Shown: in pieces, positions 29,215 through 39,603 of the stretch
How the letters are laid out: every line of letters starts with the position of its first letter
Position numbering within the stretch: position 1 is the stretch's first letter
Assembly: GCA_004375695.1 (NCBI GenBank)
Contig: SOKQ01000021.1
Coordinates: forward strand, 11,505-75,504
Reading direction: 5' to 3'
Length of the DNA: 64,000 bases
Origin: Hadesarchaea archaeon
Lineage (GTDB): Archaea; Hadarchaeota; Hadarchaeia; Hadarchaeales; Hadarchaeaceae
Notes under the pieces: generated by a model
Database searches by the model: none
The model's input: the letters and a program-made list of their open reading frames with translations, nothing else
Told to the model about the DNA's origin: nothing
Position numbers and translations under genes: made by a program

Positions 29215-30183
29215 ATGGCGGTGAAAGTTGAAAAAGTTGCGCCTTGGAAGCAGGAGGTCGTCAGCGAGCTCGTCGAGAAGCTCGAGCGCTACCCAGTGGT
29301 TGGGATACTCGACATTGCGGATCTCCCAGCCGCGCAGTTCCAGCAAATGCGCCAGAAGTTAAGGGAACAGGCCGAGATCATCGTCTCCAAAAACACTCTG
29401 TTGAAGTTCTCGCTCGATCGGGTGGCTGAGCGAAAAGATCCCAAGCTCCAAGAACTCATCGATCACCTGCGAGGGCCAACAGCGCTTATTCTCGCGCGCG
29501 TGGGCCCATTCAAACTTAGCAAGGTTCTTCGCGAGAGCAAGACCAGCGCCCCCGCGAAGCCCGGCTCCAGTTCGCCTCGGGACATCGTGATCCCAGCCGG
29601 AGATACTGACTTCGCCCCAGGGCCCGTGGTCGGGGAGCTCCAGCGCGTGGGGATCAAGGCGAGAATCCAAGCGGGGAAAATCGTCATCCTCGAAGACTGC
29701 CTGCTTTTGAAGGAGGGAGATGTGATATCTAAGGAGGTCGCCGATGTGCTTGTGAAGTTCGGTATCCGCCCGCTTGAGCTCGGACTGAAGCTCCGGGCCG
29801 TCTACGAGGCTGGCATGATATTCTCGGGTGAGGTGCTCGAGTTCGACGAGGCAAAAGCCATCGGACAACTCCAGCTCGCTTGCGTCGGTGCGGTGAATCT
29901 CGCGATAAACGCGGACTACCCAACCAGCATTACAATTGGCGTGATGATCGCGAAAGCGGGTGCCGCTGCGCGCAACTTGGCGCTGAATGTGCGCTTGCCC
30001 ATCTCGGAAGTCATGCCGGCGCTGTTGAATAGAGCTTACGCTGAAATGATTGGTCTGGCTGCATCCGTTCACTCTAAAGATGAAAAAGCGCTCGACGAGG
30101 AGCTTAGGGGCATGTTCACAACCGCGCCAGCGCCCGAGGCAAAACCAGAGGAGAAGCCCAAATCTGTGGATAAAAAAGACTAA
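29215..30183 (+). CDS. rpl10: 50S ribosomal stalk protein P0 (L10)
   Basis: N-terminal KQEVVSEL...L10 domain and a C-terminal acidic/Ala-rich tail. Confidence 0.9.
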   Translation: MAVKVEKVAPWKQEVVSELVEKLERYPVVGILDIADLPAAQFQQMRQKLREQAEIIVSKNTLLKFSLDRVAERKDPKLQELIDHLRGPTALILARVGPFKLSKVLRESKTSAPAKPGSSSPRDIVIPAGDTDFAPGPVVGELQRVGIKARIQAGKIVILEDCLLLKEGDVISKEVADVLVKFGIRPLELGLKLRAVYEAGMIFSGEVLEFDEAKAIGQLQLACVGAVNLAINADYPTSITIGVMIAKAGAAARNLALNVRLPISEVMPALLNRAYAEMIGLAASVHSKDEKALDEELRGMFTTAPAPEAKPEEKPKSVDKKD

Positions 30184-30305
30184 ATCACTATATGCTTAGC
30201 TGGAGCTCAACGGACGAGTATTTTCAACCCCTTAATTATGAAGTATTTTCTTTCCGAGACGCATTAATTTATATTGGAGTATTCATAAAGACGAAAGGGA
30301 TTAAC

Positions 30306-30605
30306 ATGGAATATGTACATGCGGCTCTTTTGCTGCACTCGGCTGGCAAGAAGGTGGACGAGGCTGGTCTAGCGAACATCCTCAAAGCAGCGGGAGCGCA
30401 GGTGGACGAAGCTAGAGTGAAGGCCCTAGTCGCAGCGCTTGAAGGAGTGAATATCGAAGATGCAATTAAGAGTGCGGCAGTTCCTGCGGTAGCTGCACCT
30501 GCGGCGGCTCCAGCAAAGGCCGAAGAAAAGAAGGAAGAGAAGAAAGTCGAAGAGGAGAAGAAAGAAGAGGAAGCTTTGGCCGGACTTGGCGCGCTGTTCG
30601 GTTGA
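30306..30605 (+). CDS. rpl12: 50S ribosomal stalk protein P1 (L12)
   Basis: [17 protein letters not shown]... and a C-terminal [17 protein letters not shown] tail. Start set at internal ATG 30306. Confidence 0.8.
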   Translation: MEYVHAALLLHSAGKKVDEAGLANILKAAGAQVDEARVKALVAALEGVNIEDAIKSAAVPAVAAPAAAPAKAEEKKEEKKVEEEKKEEEALAGLGALFG

Positions 30606-30686
30606 TGCAAGTCCTAGCCTTCAGTTTTTCTGAGCTAAGAATAATTTGGCATTGACAAGCGAAACTTTTAACCTCCGCTCTGATAT

Positions 30687-33437
30687 TTGCTTGGCGGGGA
30701 GCACGTGAAGGACATATACAAAGCGGCCCTTTTCAAGCGGGAGGGCTTCGAGCGCAGACAGTGCCAGAGTTGTGGGCGCACCTTCTGGACGCTCAAATCA
30801 GGGCGGAAAACCTGCGGTGACACTCCTTGCGACGAGTACGCGTTCATAGGAAAACCCCCGACGAAGCGGAAATACTCGCTGGCGGGAATAGAGCGGGCTT
30901 TCTTGAAATTCTTCGAGCGTCGAGGGCATAAGGTAATCAAGCGCTACCCCGTCGTGGCCCGGTGGCGTGACGACATCTTCCTCACTATCGCCTCGATCGC
31001 TGATTTTCAACCTTGGGTGACCAGCGGCTTGGTTCCGCCTCCTGCAAACCCCCTCGTTGTGAGCCAGCCCAGCATCCGCCTAAAGGACATCGACAACGTC
31101 GGGCGCTCGGGACGACACTTCACGCTCTTCTTCATGGGCGGTCATCATGCTTTCAACTCCCGCCGTGAACGCATCTATTGGAATGACGAGACCGTTGCCC
31201 TCTGCCATGAGTTCTTAACGAAAGATTTGGGAATTCGTTCCGATGAAATCTCATATATCCAGGACTTCTGGGAGGGTGGGGGGAACGCTGGAGAGGACTT
31301 TGAAGTAAACGTGCGCGGGCTGGAGCTCGCGACGCTCGTGTTCATGCAATATGTAAGCAAGGATGGCAAATATGCGCCGCTCCCCCTGAAGATTGTCGAC
31401 ACGGGTTATGGCTTGGAGCGCCTCGCTTGGATCTCGCAAGGCGTCGCTTCGAGCTATGAGGCTATCTTCGGGCCAGTGGTTGAACAGTTGCGCAAGTTTG
31501 CTGGAGTTCGCATGCCTCCAGCTGACGTACTTGAACAAAACTCAAAACTCGCCGGGCTCATGGACATCGAGACGGGGCGAGACCTCCTCATGCTTCGGAA
31601 AAAGGTCGCAGCCCGCACAGGTGTGAGTGTTGAAGAGTTGGATAAACTCTTGGTTCCGGTCGAGGCCGTCTACGCAATTGCTGACCACCTGAGATGTCTA
31701 GCGTTCATGTTTGGGGATAGGATAACCCCAAGCAACGTCAAGGAAGGCTACCTCGCGCGCGTCGTGCTCCGGCGCACCCTACGTTTGCTTCGGGAGCTGG
31801 AACTAAAGAAGCCGCTCGCGGAACTAATGGCGCTCGAACTCAAGCAGCTCACGCCTCAGTTCCCCGAGCTGAAAGAGCGGGAGGATTACATTTTGGAGGT
31901 AATCGGGCTCGAGGAACGGCGCTATAGGGACGCAATTTCTCGGGGGAGCAAGCTGGTCGAGCGACTCGCGGGAGGACTCCGTGCGGAGGGCAAACCCCTT
32001 TCCTCTGAGAATCTCATCGAACTCTATGATAGCCACGGGCTCCCACCTGACATCGTGAAAGAGGTTGCTAGTAAGGCTGGTGTTGTGGTAGAGGTTCCGG
32101 ATGATTTTTACATCAAGGTTGCGAAGTCTCACAGTCGAGCCCGGCATGTTCCCGCAGCCGCAGCTCCTGTCTCGAAGGAGAAGCTCAGCCGCCTCTCCCC
32201 GACGAAGACCATTTACTACAAAGATCCATACGCTCGGGAGTTCAAAGCGAAAGTGTTGCAAACCATCGATGACTACGTCGTGCTCGACCAAACTTTATTT
32301 TACCCGGAAGGTGGAGGGCAGCCGAGCGATGTGGGGTCGCTTGAAGTCAGGAAAACCAAGGCCGAGGTTGTGGATGTCAAAAAAGCTGGCGACATCATCC
32401 TGCACCGCGTGAAGCCGAATCCTTTTAAGGCTGGGCAACGTGTGCGTGGGAAGATTGATTGGGCTCGCCGCAGCTCTCTCATGCGTCACCACACAGGGAC
32501 TCACATTCTGCTCGGGGCGGCCCGACGAGTGCTTGGCGACCATATCTGGCAGCACGGGGTACAAAAGGGAGTCGAGCGCACACGCTTGGACATCTCCCAC
32601 TTCAAGCGTATTGAACCCAAGGAGTTGCGGGAAATCGAACACTTGGCGAACGAGATAGTGATGGAGAACCGCCCGGTGAACACTGAGTGGATGGATCGAA
32701 ATCAAGCCGAGCGAAAGTACGGCTTCGACCTTTATCAGGGAGGGATTGTGCCCGGGAAAAAAATCAGGGTGGTGGAAGCGAAAGATTGGAATACTCAGGC
32801 TTGCGCTGGAACTCATTGTTCGCGCACGGGTGAGATTGGGTTCATCAAGATCATACGAACCGAACGGATTCAAGATGGCGTCGAGCGGGTTGAGTTTGCT
32901 GTTGGAGATGCCGCGCTGAAGTTCGTGCAAGCGCAGGAGCGGCAACTCGCCAAGGCGGCAGAAATCCTGCGCGCCACGCCCGATCGAGCGGCAGCAGCAG
33001 CCCAGCAGCTCTTCGACGAGTGGAAGGCAGTGCAGAAGGAGCTAGACAGATTACGCGATCGGATGGCTGAACTCCGAATCACCGAGCTGCGGTCAAAAAT
33101 CAAGCAGGTGGGGAGGGTGCAAGCGATATGTGAGGAGATTGAGGATGCCAGTACGGATCAGTTAATCAAAATCGCGAGTGCCCTGACACGGGAAGATAAG
33201 AGATTAGTTATTGTGCTTGGCGTGCGCGATGCAATGGCCAAGCTTGTGGCGATGGCTGGGGAGGAAGCCGTGCGTGCAGGAGCTGACTGCGGCGCGATAG
33301 CTGCCGAAGCCGCGAAGGTGCTGGGCGGCGGTGGCGGTGGAAAACCAGAGCTTGGTCAAGGAGGCGGCCCGAAAGCGGATTACTTGACCGCTGCGCTCCG
33401 AAAAGCACTTGAAACATGTGAGAAGCAACAAGCGTAA
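30687..33437 (+). CDS. alaS: alanyl-tRNA synthetase (archaeal type)
   Basis: 916 aa. Class II core, editing-domain HxxxH...CxxxH-like region and a C-terminal DHHA1-like region (GGGGGKPELGQGG). Confidence 0.9.
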   Translation: MLGGEHVKDIYKAALFKREGFERRQCQSCGRTFWTLKSGRKTCGDTPCDEYAFIGKPPTKRKYSLAGIERAFLKFFERRGHKVIKRYPVVARWRDDIFLTIASIADFQPWVTSGLVPPPANPLVVSQPSIRLKDIDNVGRSGRHFTLFFMGGHHAFNSRRERIYWNDETVALCHEFLTKDLGIRSDEISYIQDFWEGGGNAGEDFEVNVRGLELATLVFMQYVSKDGKYAPLPLKIVDTGYGLERLAWISQGVASSYEAIFGPVVEQLRKFAGVRMPPADVLEQNSKLAGLMDIETGRDLLMLRKKVAARTGVSVEELDKLLVPVEAVYAIADHLRCLAFMFGDRITPSNVKEGYLARVVLRRTLRLLRELELKKPLAELMALELKQLTPQFPELKEREDYILEVIGLEERRYRDAISRGSKLVERLAGGLRAEGKPLSSENLIELYDSHGLPPDIVKEVASKAGVVVEVPDDFYIKVAKSHSRARHVPAAAAPVSKEKLSRLSPTKTIYYKDPYAREFKAKVLQTIDDYVVLDQTLFYPEGGGQPSDVGSLEVRKTKAEVVDVKKAGDIILHRVKPNPFKAGQRVRGKIDWARRSSLMRHHTGTHILLGAARRVLGDHIWQHGVQKGVERTRLDISHFKRIEPKELREIEHLANEIVMENRPVNTEWMDRNQAERKYGFDLYQGGIVPGKKIRVVEAKDWNTQACAGTHCSRTGEIGFIKIIRTERIQDGVERVEFAVGDAALKFVQAQERQLAKAAEILRATPDRAAAAAQQLFDEWKAVQKELDRLRDRMAELRITELRSKIKQVGRVQAICEEIEDASTDQLIKIASALTREDKRLVIVLGVRDAMAKLVAMAGEEAVRAGADCGAIAAEAAKVLGGGGGGKPELGQGGGPKADYLTAALRKALETCEKQQA

Positions 33438-33445
33438 GGAGGGGC

Positions 33446-36337
33446 ATGATGAACTTTCAGGAGCTAGACGCCAAGTGGCAGCAGGCGTGGCACGAGGCAA
33501 AGCTCTTCGAGGTCGACTCGGACAAGAAGCCGAAGTTCTACCTCACTGTTGCCTACCCATATGTTTCAGGCCCCATGCATGTGGGACATGGGCGCACTTA
33601 CACAGTGCCCGACGTGATCGCACGCTACAAACGGATGCGGGGGCTCAACGTGTTGTTCCCCATGGCCTACCACTTCACAGGAACCCCTATCGTTGGAGCT
33701 GCCAAGAGGGTCACCCGTCGAGAGCCTGATTTCGTGCGGGTGCTCACTGAGCGCTACGGCGTTGCCGAGCCCGAACTGCCAAAGTTTGAAGATCCTCACT
33801 ACTTCGCAACTCACTTCGCACGCGAGAGCGAGTTGAGTTATCGAAAAGGGATGGAGTGGTTGGGTTACTCGATTGACTGGCGGCGAGAGTTCACCACCGT
33901 CGACCCCTCCTACAGCAAATTCATCGCCTGGCAGTATCACAAGCTGTACGACGCGGGCTTGATAGTCAAAGGCAAGCACCCGGTAAAATGGTGCCCCGGA
34001 TGTGGGAATCCTGTGACCGACCACGATCTGCTTGAGGGTGAGGGTGTCGGGATAGTCGAGTTCACTCTGTTGAAATATAAAATAGATGACTACGTAATCC
34101 CCGCCGCCACGCTTCGGCCCGAGACCGTTTTTGGGGTCACGAACCTTTGGCTCAATCCTGATGTGAAATACGTAAGTGCCCAAGTGAACGGCGAAAGATG
34201 GATCGTGAGCGAGCAAGCCGTCAAGAAACTGCGTGATCAAGGATATCAGGTCGGCGAGGTCTCGTCGATTCGGATAAATTTCGGTAGAGAAGTTGAAGTC
34301 CCGCTTACCCACAAACGAGTCCCCATCCTCCCCGCTAAGTTCGTCGACCCGGACAATGCTACAGGGGTGGTTGGGTCTGTCCCTTCGCACGCACCTTACG
34401 ACCATGTCGCTCTACTTGAACTCCAGCAACACCCGGACACACTCAAAGCTCACGGGGTAAAATCCAGCGATGTGGAAGGACTGAAGCCCATCTCACTCAT
34501 CGAGGTCGAAGGATTCGGCGAGTCTCCTGCAATAGATGTCGTCAATCGAATTGGAATCAAGGATCAAACCGACTCCCGCCTCGAAGAAGCTACTGCCGAG
34601 GTCTACCGAAACGAGTTCGCGAAAGGTCGAATGCGCTCCTGGGTGCCGAAATACGCAGGCATGCTGGTCTCGCGAGCCAAAACGGCCGTGTGCGATGACA
34701 TGCTGGCGAACAACGAGGCTGCCACGATGTACGAGTTCTCGGCAAAACCGGTAGTCTGTAGGTGCGGCACACCCGTGACGGTGAAAGTAGTCGAGGATCA
34801 GTGGTTCCTGAACTACGCGGACGAAGGCTGGAAGGAAAAGGCGCGAGCTTGCCTAGCGCGGATGGACTTGGTGCCTCCTGAGACGCGAGCGCAGTTTGAA
34901 CACACCATCGGGTGGCTCCACGAGTGGCCGTGCACTCGCAGCATAGGAATGGGGACGCCCGCACCTTGGGATCCCAAGTGGATAATTGAGTCCCTCAGCG
35001 ACTCGACGATATACATGGCCTACTACACGATTGCACACATTCTCAAAACCATCGACCCCGCGAAGCTCACCGACGAGGTCTTCGACTACGTTTTTCACGG
35101 GAAGGGCAGTGCTGATTCGATTTCTCGTTCCACAGGCATCGATCGGCAGGCCCTTGAGCGGATGCGTCGTGAGTTCGAGTACTGGTACCCGCTCGACTAC
35201 CGAATGTCGGCGAACGAGCTGATTCCCAACCACCTCACCTTCCACATTTTCCATCACGCACTGCTCTTCCCCAAGCTTTGTCCCCGCGGCATTATTTCGT
35301 TCGGGATGGCGGTGCTCGAGGGGGAGAAGATGTCCTCGTCGAAGGGAAACATCATCGCGATTAACGAAGCCGTTCGAGAATACGGTGCAGACACGGTGCG
35401 GCTCTACTTGATGTCGGTTTCCGAACCCTGGCAGGACCTGGATTGGCGGACCAGCGAGGTTGAGGCGATGCGGAGGAACTTGGAGCGCTTTTACTCATTG
35501 GCCGAAGAAATTCTTGTGCTACCCGAGACGGGGAGTCCAAGCTTTGCCCAACCCGAGCTATGGATGCTGAGTCAGCTCCAGAGACACGTCCAAGCGGTGA
35601 CCGAAGCACTCGAAGCGTTCGAAACGCGCAAGGCCGTACAGCACGCTTTCTTTTTCATCATGCAAAATCTGCGATGGTACATGAAACGAGCGCAGCAGCC
35701 TGAGGCACGCGCCCACATGCTTAAGCGGGTGTTCAATGTCTGGCTCCGCTTGCTCGCCCCGTTCACGCCTCACATTTGCGAAGAACTGTGGGAGCGCGCA
35801 AAGAGCGGCGGTTTCATCTCGGTGGCTCCTTGGCCGAAGGTGGAGGAGGGACTCATCGACGAGGGGGCTGAGCTGGTGGAAAGCTACCTCGGGCGCGTGC
35901 TCGAAGACATCGGAAAAATCCTTCGTGTGGTGAAAGTTGAAAAGCCCAAGCGAGTCTGCCTTTACGTTGCGCAGGATTGGAAGTGGCGGGCTTATCGCAT
36001 CGCCATGACGCGCGTGCAAGATGGACGAGTTGATTTTGGCAAGCTGCTCCGCACGGTCGAGAAGGAACTCGGGCTCAGGCTGCATACCGCAGATTTGGCG
36101 AAGTACCTCCAGCAGGCGGTGCAGGAGCTTAGGGGTATGCCCGAACAAGACCTCAAGACATTGGCGAGAGTGGAAGTGGATGAGCTGCAAGTCCTGCTAG
36201 ACGCTACCAATTTCCTCCGTGAACAGCTGGGGGTGCAAGAAGTGCGCGTGTTCAAGGCTGAAGATGCTACACGGTACGATCCGCAGGATAGGGCTAAACT
36301 CGCGACTCCAATGAGGCCTGCGATTTTTGTTGAATAA
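33446..36337 (+). CDS. leuS: leucyl-tRNA synthetase (archaeal type)
   Basis: Class I HMGH (PMHVGHGRTY) and KMSSSKG (KMSKS) motifs, 963 aa. Confidence 0.9.
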   Translation: MMNFQELDAKWQQAWHEAKLFEVDSDKKPKFYLTVAYPYVSGPMHVGHGRTYTVPDVIARYKRMRGLNVLFPMAYHFTGTPIVGAAKRVTRREPDFVRVLTERYGVAEPELPKFEDPHYFATHFARESELSYRKGMEWLGYSIDWRREFTTVDPSYSKFIAWQYHKLYDAGLIVKGKHPVKWCPGCGNPVTDHDLLEGEGVGIVEFTLLKYKIDDYVIPAATLRPETVFGVTNLWLNPDVKYVSAQVNGERWIVSEQAVKKLRDQGYQVGEVSSIRINFGREVEVPLTHKRVPILPAKFVDPDNATGVVGSVPSHAPYDHVALLELQQHPDTLKAHGVKSSDVEGLKPISLIEVEGFGESPAIDVVNRIGIKDQTDSRLEEATAEVYRNEFAKGRMRSWVPKYAGMLVSRAKTAVCDDMLANNEAATMYEFSAKPVVCRCGTPVTVKVVEDQWFLNYADEGWKEKARACLARMDLVPPETRAQFEHTIGWLHEWPCTRSIGMGTPAPWDPKWIIESLSDSTIYMAYYTIAHILKTIDPAKLTDEVFDYVFHGKGSADSISRSTGIDRQALERMRREFEYWYPLDYRMSANELIPNHLTFHIFHHALLFPKLCPRGIISFGMAVLEGEKMSSSKGNIIAINEAVREYGADTVRLYLMSVSEPWQDLDWRTSEVEAMRRNLERFYSLAEEILVLPETGSPSFAQPELWMLSQLQRHVQAVTEALEAFETRKAVQHAFFFIMQNLRWYMKRAQQPEARAHMLKRVFNVWLRLLAPFTPHICEELWERAKSGGFISVAPWPKVEEGLIDEGAELVESYLGRVLEDIGKILRVVKVEKPKRVCLYVAQDWKWRAYRIAMTRVQDGRVDFGKLLRTVEKELGLRLHTADLAKYLQQAVQELRGMPEQDLKTLARVEVDELQVLLDATNFLREQLGVQEVRVFKAEDATRYDPQDRAKLATPMRPAIFVE

Positions 36338-36345
36338 GTGATTTC

Positions 36346-36993
36346 ATGGCCAAGATTTCAGATGCCGTGCAGAACCTGCGTTACCTACTCAACCAAGGTT
36401 ATCCCCGTAAGTCAGCCGTGAACTTCGTCGCCAACCACTACCGCTTTCCGCTTAATCAACGGCACCTGCTGGCGCGCTGCGTCTTCTCCAAAATTGAAAT
36501 AGTCGAGCATCGCCGAAAAGCTATCAGAGCTAGCGCCGTTCGGGGCAAGCGCCTAGGTGTTGACGGCTACAACGTCCTAATAACCCTCGAGAGCATCTTC
36601 ACCCGCAAACAAGTCGTGCGATGCGACGATGGCTACATCCGAGACCTGCGTGCGATCTTCGGCAAGTATCGCAGATCTCCTGCAACCACGCGAGCGCTTG
36701 CGGAGCTTTTGCGAATCATCGCCGGGGCAAAGCCAAGTCACGTCGAGTTTTTGTTCGACAAGCAAGTAAGCAGGAGCGGTGAGCTTGCAGGCATGGTGAG
36801 GCAGCGACTCAAGCAAGCTGGGCTGAAGGGTGATGCTCAAGCGATCGGTGGGGTTGATTTGAAGCTCCGTTCATTTGATGTCGTCGCAAGCGGTGACCGT
36901 GCGATAATCAGGCGGGCGAAAGCAATTTGGGACATCCCGGCCGAGCTTCTGAAGCGAAAAAAAGTGAAAGTTTTCGATTTAAAGAAATTTTAA
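36346..36993 (+). CDS. hypothetical protein, possible NYN/PIN-like nuclease fold (DUF434/DUF5616-like)
   Basis: GVDGYNVLI and a later VVASGDRAIIRRA resemble NYN/LabA acidic motifs. Weak, from memory only. Confidence 0.4.
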   Translation: MAKISDAVQNLRYLLNQGYPRKSAVNFVANHYRFPLNQRHLLARCVFSKIEIVEHRRKAIRASAVRGKRLGVDGYNVLITLESIFTRKQVVRCDDGYIRDLRAIFGKYRRSPATTRALAELLRIIAGAKPSHVEFLFDKQVSRSGELAGMVRQRLKQAGLKGDAQAIGGVDLKLRSFDVVASGDRAIIRRAKAIWDIPAELLKRKKVKVFDLKKF

Positions 36994-36998
36994 TTCAG

Positions 36999-37586
36999 TT
37001 ATACCATACTTTTGACGATTTGTCCGAGCTTTTTGAAATCCGCCTGTAATCTAGTTTTCGTCTCGGCGCCGTAGAGGGCTGCGGCGGGGTGATAGGTAAG
37101 GAAAAGCTTGAAGCTCGCACCAGCGTAGGTGAAGTCGAATAGTTTGCCGTGCTCCCTGCCTATACTTACGTGTTTGCCGAGCAGCGTGCGTGCGGCTATC
37201 CTGCCCAGAGCAACTATGAATTTTGGCTTGATTATGGAGACATGCCCCTCGAGAAAACGTCTGCACGCTTCGATTTCATCAGGCAGGGGGTCTCTGTTCT
37301 GGGGCGGCCTGCACAACACAACATTGGTCACGTGCACATCCTCCCTCCTCAGCCCGGCTTCACGTAAGAGTTCATTCAAGATTTTGCCGGCTGCCCCGCT
37401 GAACGGAATTTTGGTTTGGTCTTCCGTGAACCCAGGACCCTCCCCGACCAGCATTATCTTTGCATCCGCTGGCCCAACGCCAAATACAACGTTCGTTCGG
37501 GTTTTGTGTAACATACAGCGCTTGCAGACCACCGCTTCGGCCTCAAGCTGGCGCAGGGCTTTTTCAGTTTCTTCCTTCATGGACAC
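36999..37586 (-). CDS. udg: uracil-DNA glycosylase, family 4 (Fe-S type)
   Basis: CKRC...GEGPG...HPAA family-4 UDG motifs. Confidence 0.8.
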   Translation of the reverse strand: MSMKEETEKALRQLEAEAVVCKRCMLHKTRTNVVFGVGPADAKIMLVGEGPGFTEDQTKIPFSGAAGKILNELLREAGLRREDVHVTNVVLCRPPQNRDPLPDEIEACRRFLEGHVSIIKPKFIVALGRIAARTLLGKHVSIGREHGKLFDFTYAGASFKLFLTYHPAAALYGAETKTRLQADFKKLGQIVKSMV

Positions 37587-37612
37587 ACCACTAACTTGCG
37601 TAGAACCTGAAG

Positions 37613-38131
37613 TCAGTATGAGCGCTCGACCTGCGGCTTGAGCTTCTCGTGGACGTGCTTGAGCACCACGATGTCCGCCTTACAGTGTTCGACGATCAGC
37701 CTCCGCGCCTCGAGATCGCCGCGCTCGACCAGTTTGAACAACGTTAGGACATCAGCTCCGTGAAAATTGGCTGGCTTTTGTATCCCCAGAAACCGCGCTA
37801 CCGAGCTCAGCCTGTAGCTGGAAAGGAGCAGATGTCCGCGGGACCACTCGCAGAGGTCGAGCATCGGGATGTTGATGAGTCTGGAGAGGTCGATGTTGTG
37901 AGCCAAGGCGCGGGTGCAAAGAAAGGGGATGTCGAAACCTGAACCGTACCAAGTCACGAGCATCTCACAGTCCTCCAGTTCATCGCGGAGCCACTCGAGC
38001 ACCTTCCGCTCCTCCTCGGGGGTTTCCGCGAAGCGGATTTCCGGCTCTTCTCCCTTGAGCAGGCCGACCGCCACGACCATGCCCCGGTCGGCTTTCGTCG
38101 AAGTTGTCTCAATGTCCAAATACGCTATCAC
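37613..38131 (-). CDS. RNase H-like 3'-5' exonuclease (DnaQ/PolB-exo-like, YprB-type)
   Basis: YLDIETT (Exo I DxE), WYGSGFD (Exo II), HCKAD (Exo III H-x-D) arrangement. Confidence 0.5.
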   Translation of the reverse strand: MIAYLDIETTSTKADRGMVVAVGLLKGEEPEIRFAETPEEERKVLEWLRDELEDCEMLVTWYGSGFDIPFLCTRALAHNIDLSRLINIPMLDLCEWSRGHLLLSSYRLSSVARFLGIQKPANFHGADVLTLFKLVERGDLEARRLIVEHCKADIVVLKHVHEKLKPQVERSY

Positions 38132-38135
38132 TCGA

Positions 38136-38546
38136 TCACTCGCCCATCACGAAAATCGCGAGTCTGCGGGTACGGGGGCCATCCTGCTCGATCACCAAAA
38201 AGCTCTGCCAAGTGCCCCGAACTACGCGCCCATCGGCAATCGGCAGGACTCGAGAGGAACCTATGAAAGCTGACTTCAGGTGCGCGTGCGCATTGTCATC
38301 GATGCGGTCGTGCTGATATCCCCCACGCACCGGCGCGAAGTCATCGAGTTTGTTTAATAAATCCTGCTTGAGCCCGCTTTCGTTCTCGTTCAGCACGAGC
38401 GAGGCCGTCGCATGAGGAAGTTGCACGATGAGCAGACCATTTTTTATGCCGGATTCTCGAACTGCCGAGGTGACCTTGCTCGTTAGATCGATTACCTCGC
38501 GCGCCTTGCTCGTTGAAAAGCTCAGCTCCTTGAACCATGTTTTCAT
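38136..38546 (-). CDS. YjbQ/UPF0047 family protein (secondary thiamine-phosphate synthase-like)
   Basis: 136 aa. LLIVQLPHATASLVLNENES...DDNAHAHLKS conserved YjbQ pattern. Confidence 0.7.
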   Translation of the reverse strand: MKTWFKELSFSTSKAREVIDLTSKVTSAVRESGIKNGLLIVQLPHATASLVLNENESGLKQDLLNKLDDFAPVRGGYQHDRIDDNAHAHLKSAFIGSSRVLPIADGRVVRGTWQSFLVIEQDGPRTRRLAIFVMGE

Positions 38547-38561
38547 AAAATCACAGTTTGG

Positions 38562-39467
38562 TCACTGTTTTTTGGGTCGTGCTTCCCCATAATACTCCAC
38601 TGTTCTCCTGACCCCATCCTCAAGCTTCACGGTGGGGGCCCAAGACAATTCACGTTTCACCAAGCTTATGTCAGCTTGAGTTCGCTCGACGTAATTTTCT
38701 AGTGGATTTGGCACGTATTTGATTTTTAGCGGCTTTACTTCTTGTATCAACTTCGCCACCTCATTGAAAGACGTTTCTCTCCCGGTTCCAACGTTGAAAA
38801 CAAAAGTCCCATCCTTTCCCGCTGCAAGGACAAGTGCCCTAACAATATCATCCACATGGGTAAAATCCCTCGTCTGGGAACCATCGCCGTAAATGGTGAA
38901 TTCATCGTTAAGGATCATCTGGGTTATTACATTTGCATACTTTCCCTTCGCCCGCTCGTGGGGCCCGTAGACAGAGAAGAAGCGCATCCCTGCCGAAGAA
39001 ACGCCGTGAAGCTGGTGGTACACTCGCGCCAGGCGTTCCATCGCAAGTCGGGCCTCGGTGTAGTAGTCGAACGGCTCGGTCTGCACGTCCTCGCGATTGG
39101 GTCTCGGACAGCCACGATACATGCTCGAGCTGGATGCGTAGACGACTTTTGCTTGGTTCCGCTTGGCGAGCTCCATCACGTTCATGAAGCCACTTATCGC
39201 CTCTCCGACGAGCAGGGGGTTATCGCGGTACATGGGCGAGCTGGAGGGAATGCCAAGGTGAAAGATCAGCTCGGGTTGAAGCTTCAATTTTAGGAGCTCT
39301 GTGCAGGACCCCTGAACGGTTTTTACCCGGTCGCGAACCTTCTCCAAGTTCTCCACCGTCCCCGTCGAAAAATTATCGAGCACCGTGACATCGTCGCCCC
39401 GCCCGACAAGCGCCTCAACGAGGTTTGAGCCTATGAAGCCGGCACCGCCCGTGACGAGCACTCGCAT
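38562..39467 (-). CDS. NAD-dependent epimerase/dehydratase (SDR, nucleotide-sugar)
   Basis: MRVLVTGGAGFIGSNLV Rossmann start and a YxxxK catalytic dyad. Confidence 0.75.
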   Translation of the reverse strand: MRVLVTGGAGFIGSNLVEALVGRGDDVTVLDNFSTGTVENLEKVRDRVKTVQGSCTELLKLKLQPELIFHLGIPSSSPMYRDNPLLVGEAISGFMNVMELAKRNQAKVVYASSSSMYRGCPRPNREDVQTEPFDYYTEARLAMERLARVYHQLHGVSSAGMRFFSVYGPHERAKGKYANVITQMILNDEFTIYGDGSQTRDFTHVDDIVRALVLAAGKDGTFVFNVGTGRETSFNEVAKLIQEVKPLKIKYVPNPLENYVERTQADISLVKRELSWAPTVKLEDGVRRTVEYYGEARPKKQ

Positions 39468-39603
39468 TTGTGACCTCCGTTCTCCCTTCGCTTGGAACCT
39501 TATAATAATTCGGCTTTGAAATCGGTAGTTCGGTGGGTGAGGTTCGGATGTTCGCAGGCTTTGTCTATTTTAGTGTGAGTATGAAAAATAAAGAGGGGTA
39601 GAG

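Noticed and set aside
29359-30072. 237-aa ORF antisense to rpl10 (P0)
   Set aside because: Lies entirely within a highly conserved ribosomal gene on the opposite strand. Long antisense frames are expected at about 58% GC and the translation is low-complexity and Arg/Pro-rich.
33566-34405. 279-aa ORF antisense to leuS (similarly 35558..36190, 32295..32945 antisense to alaS, 51272..51838 antisense to fic)
   Set aside because: Shadow ORFs inside strongly supported genes. No motifs.
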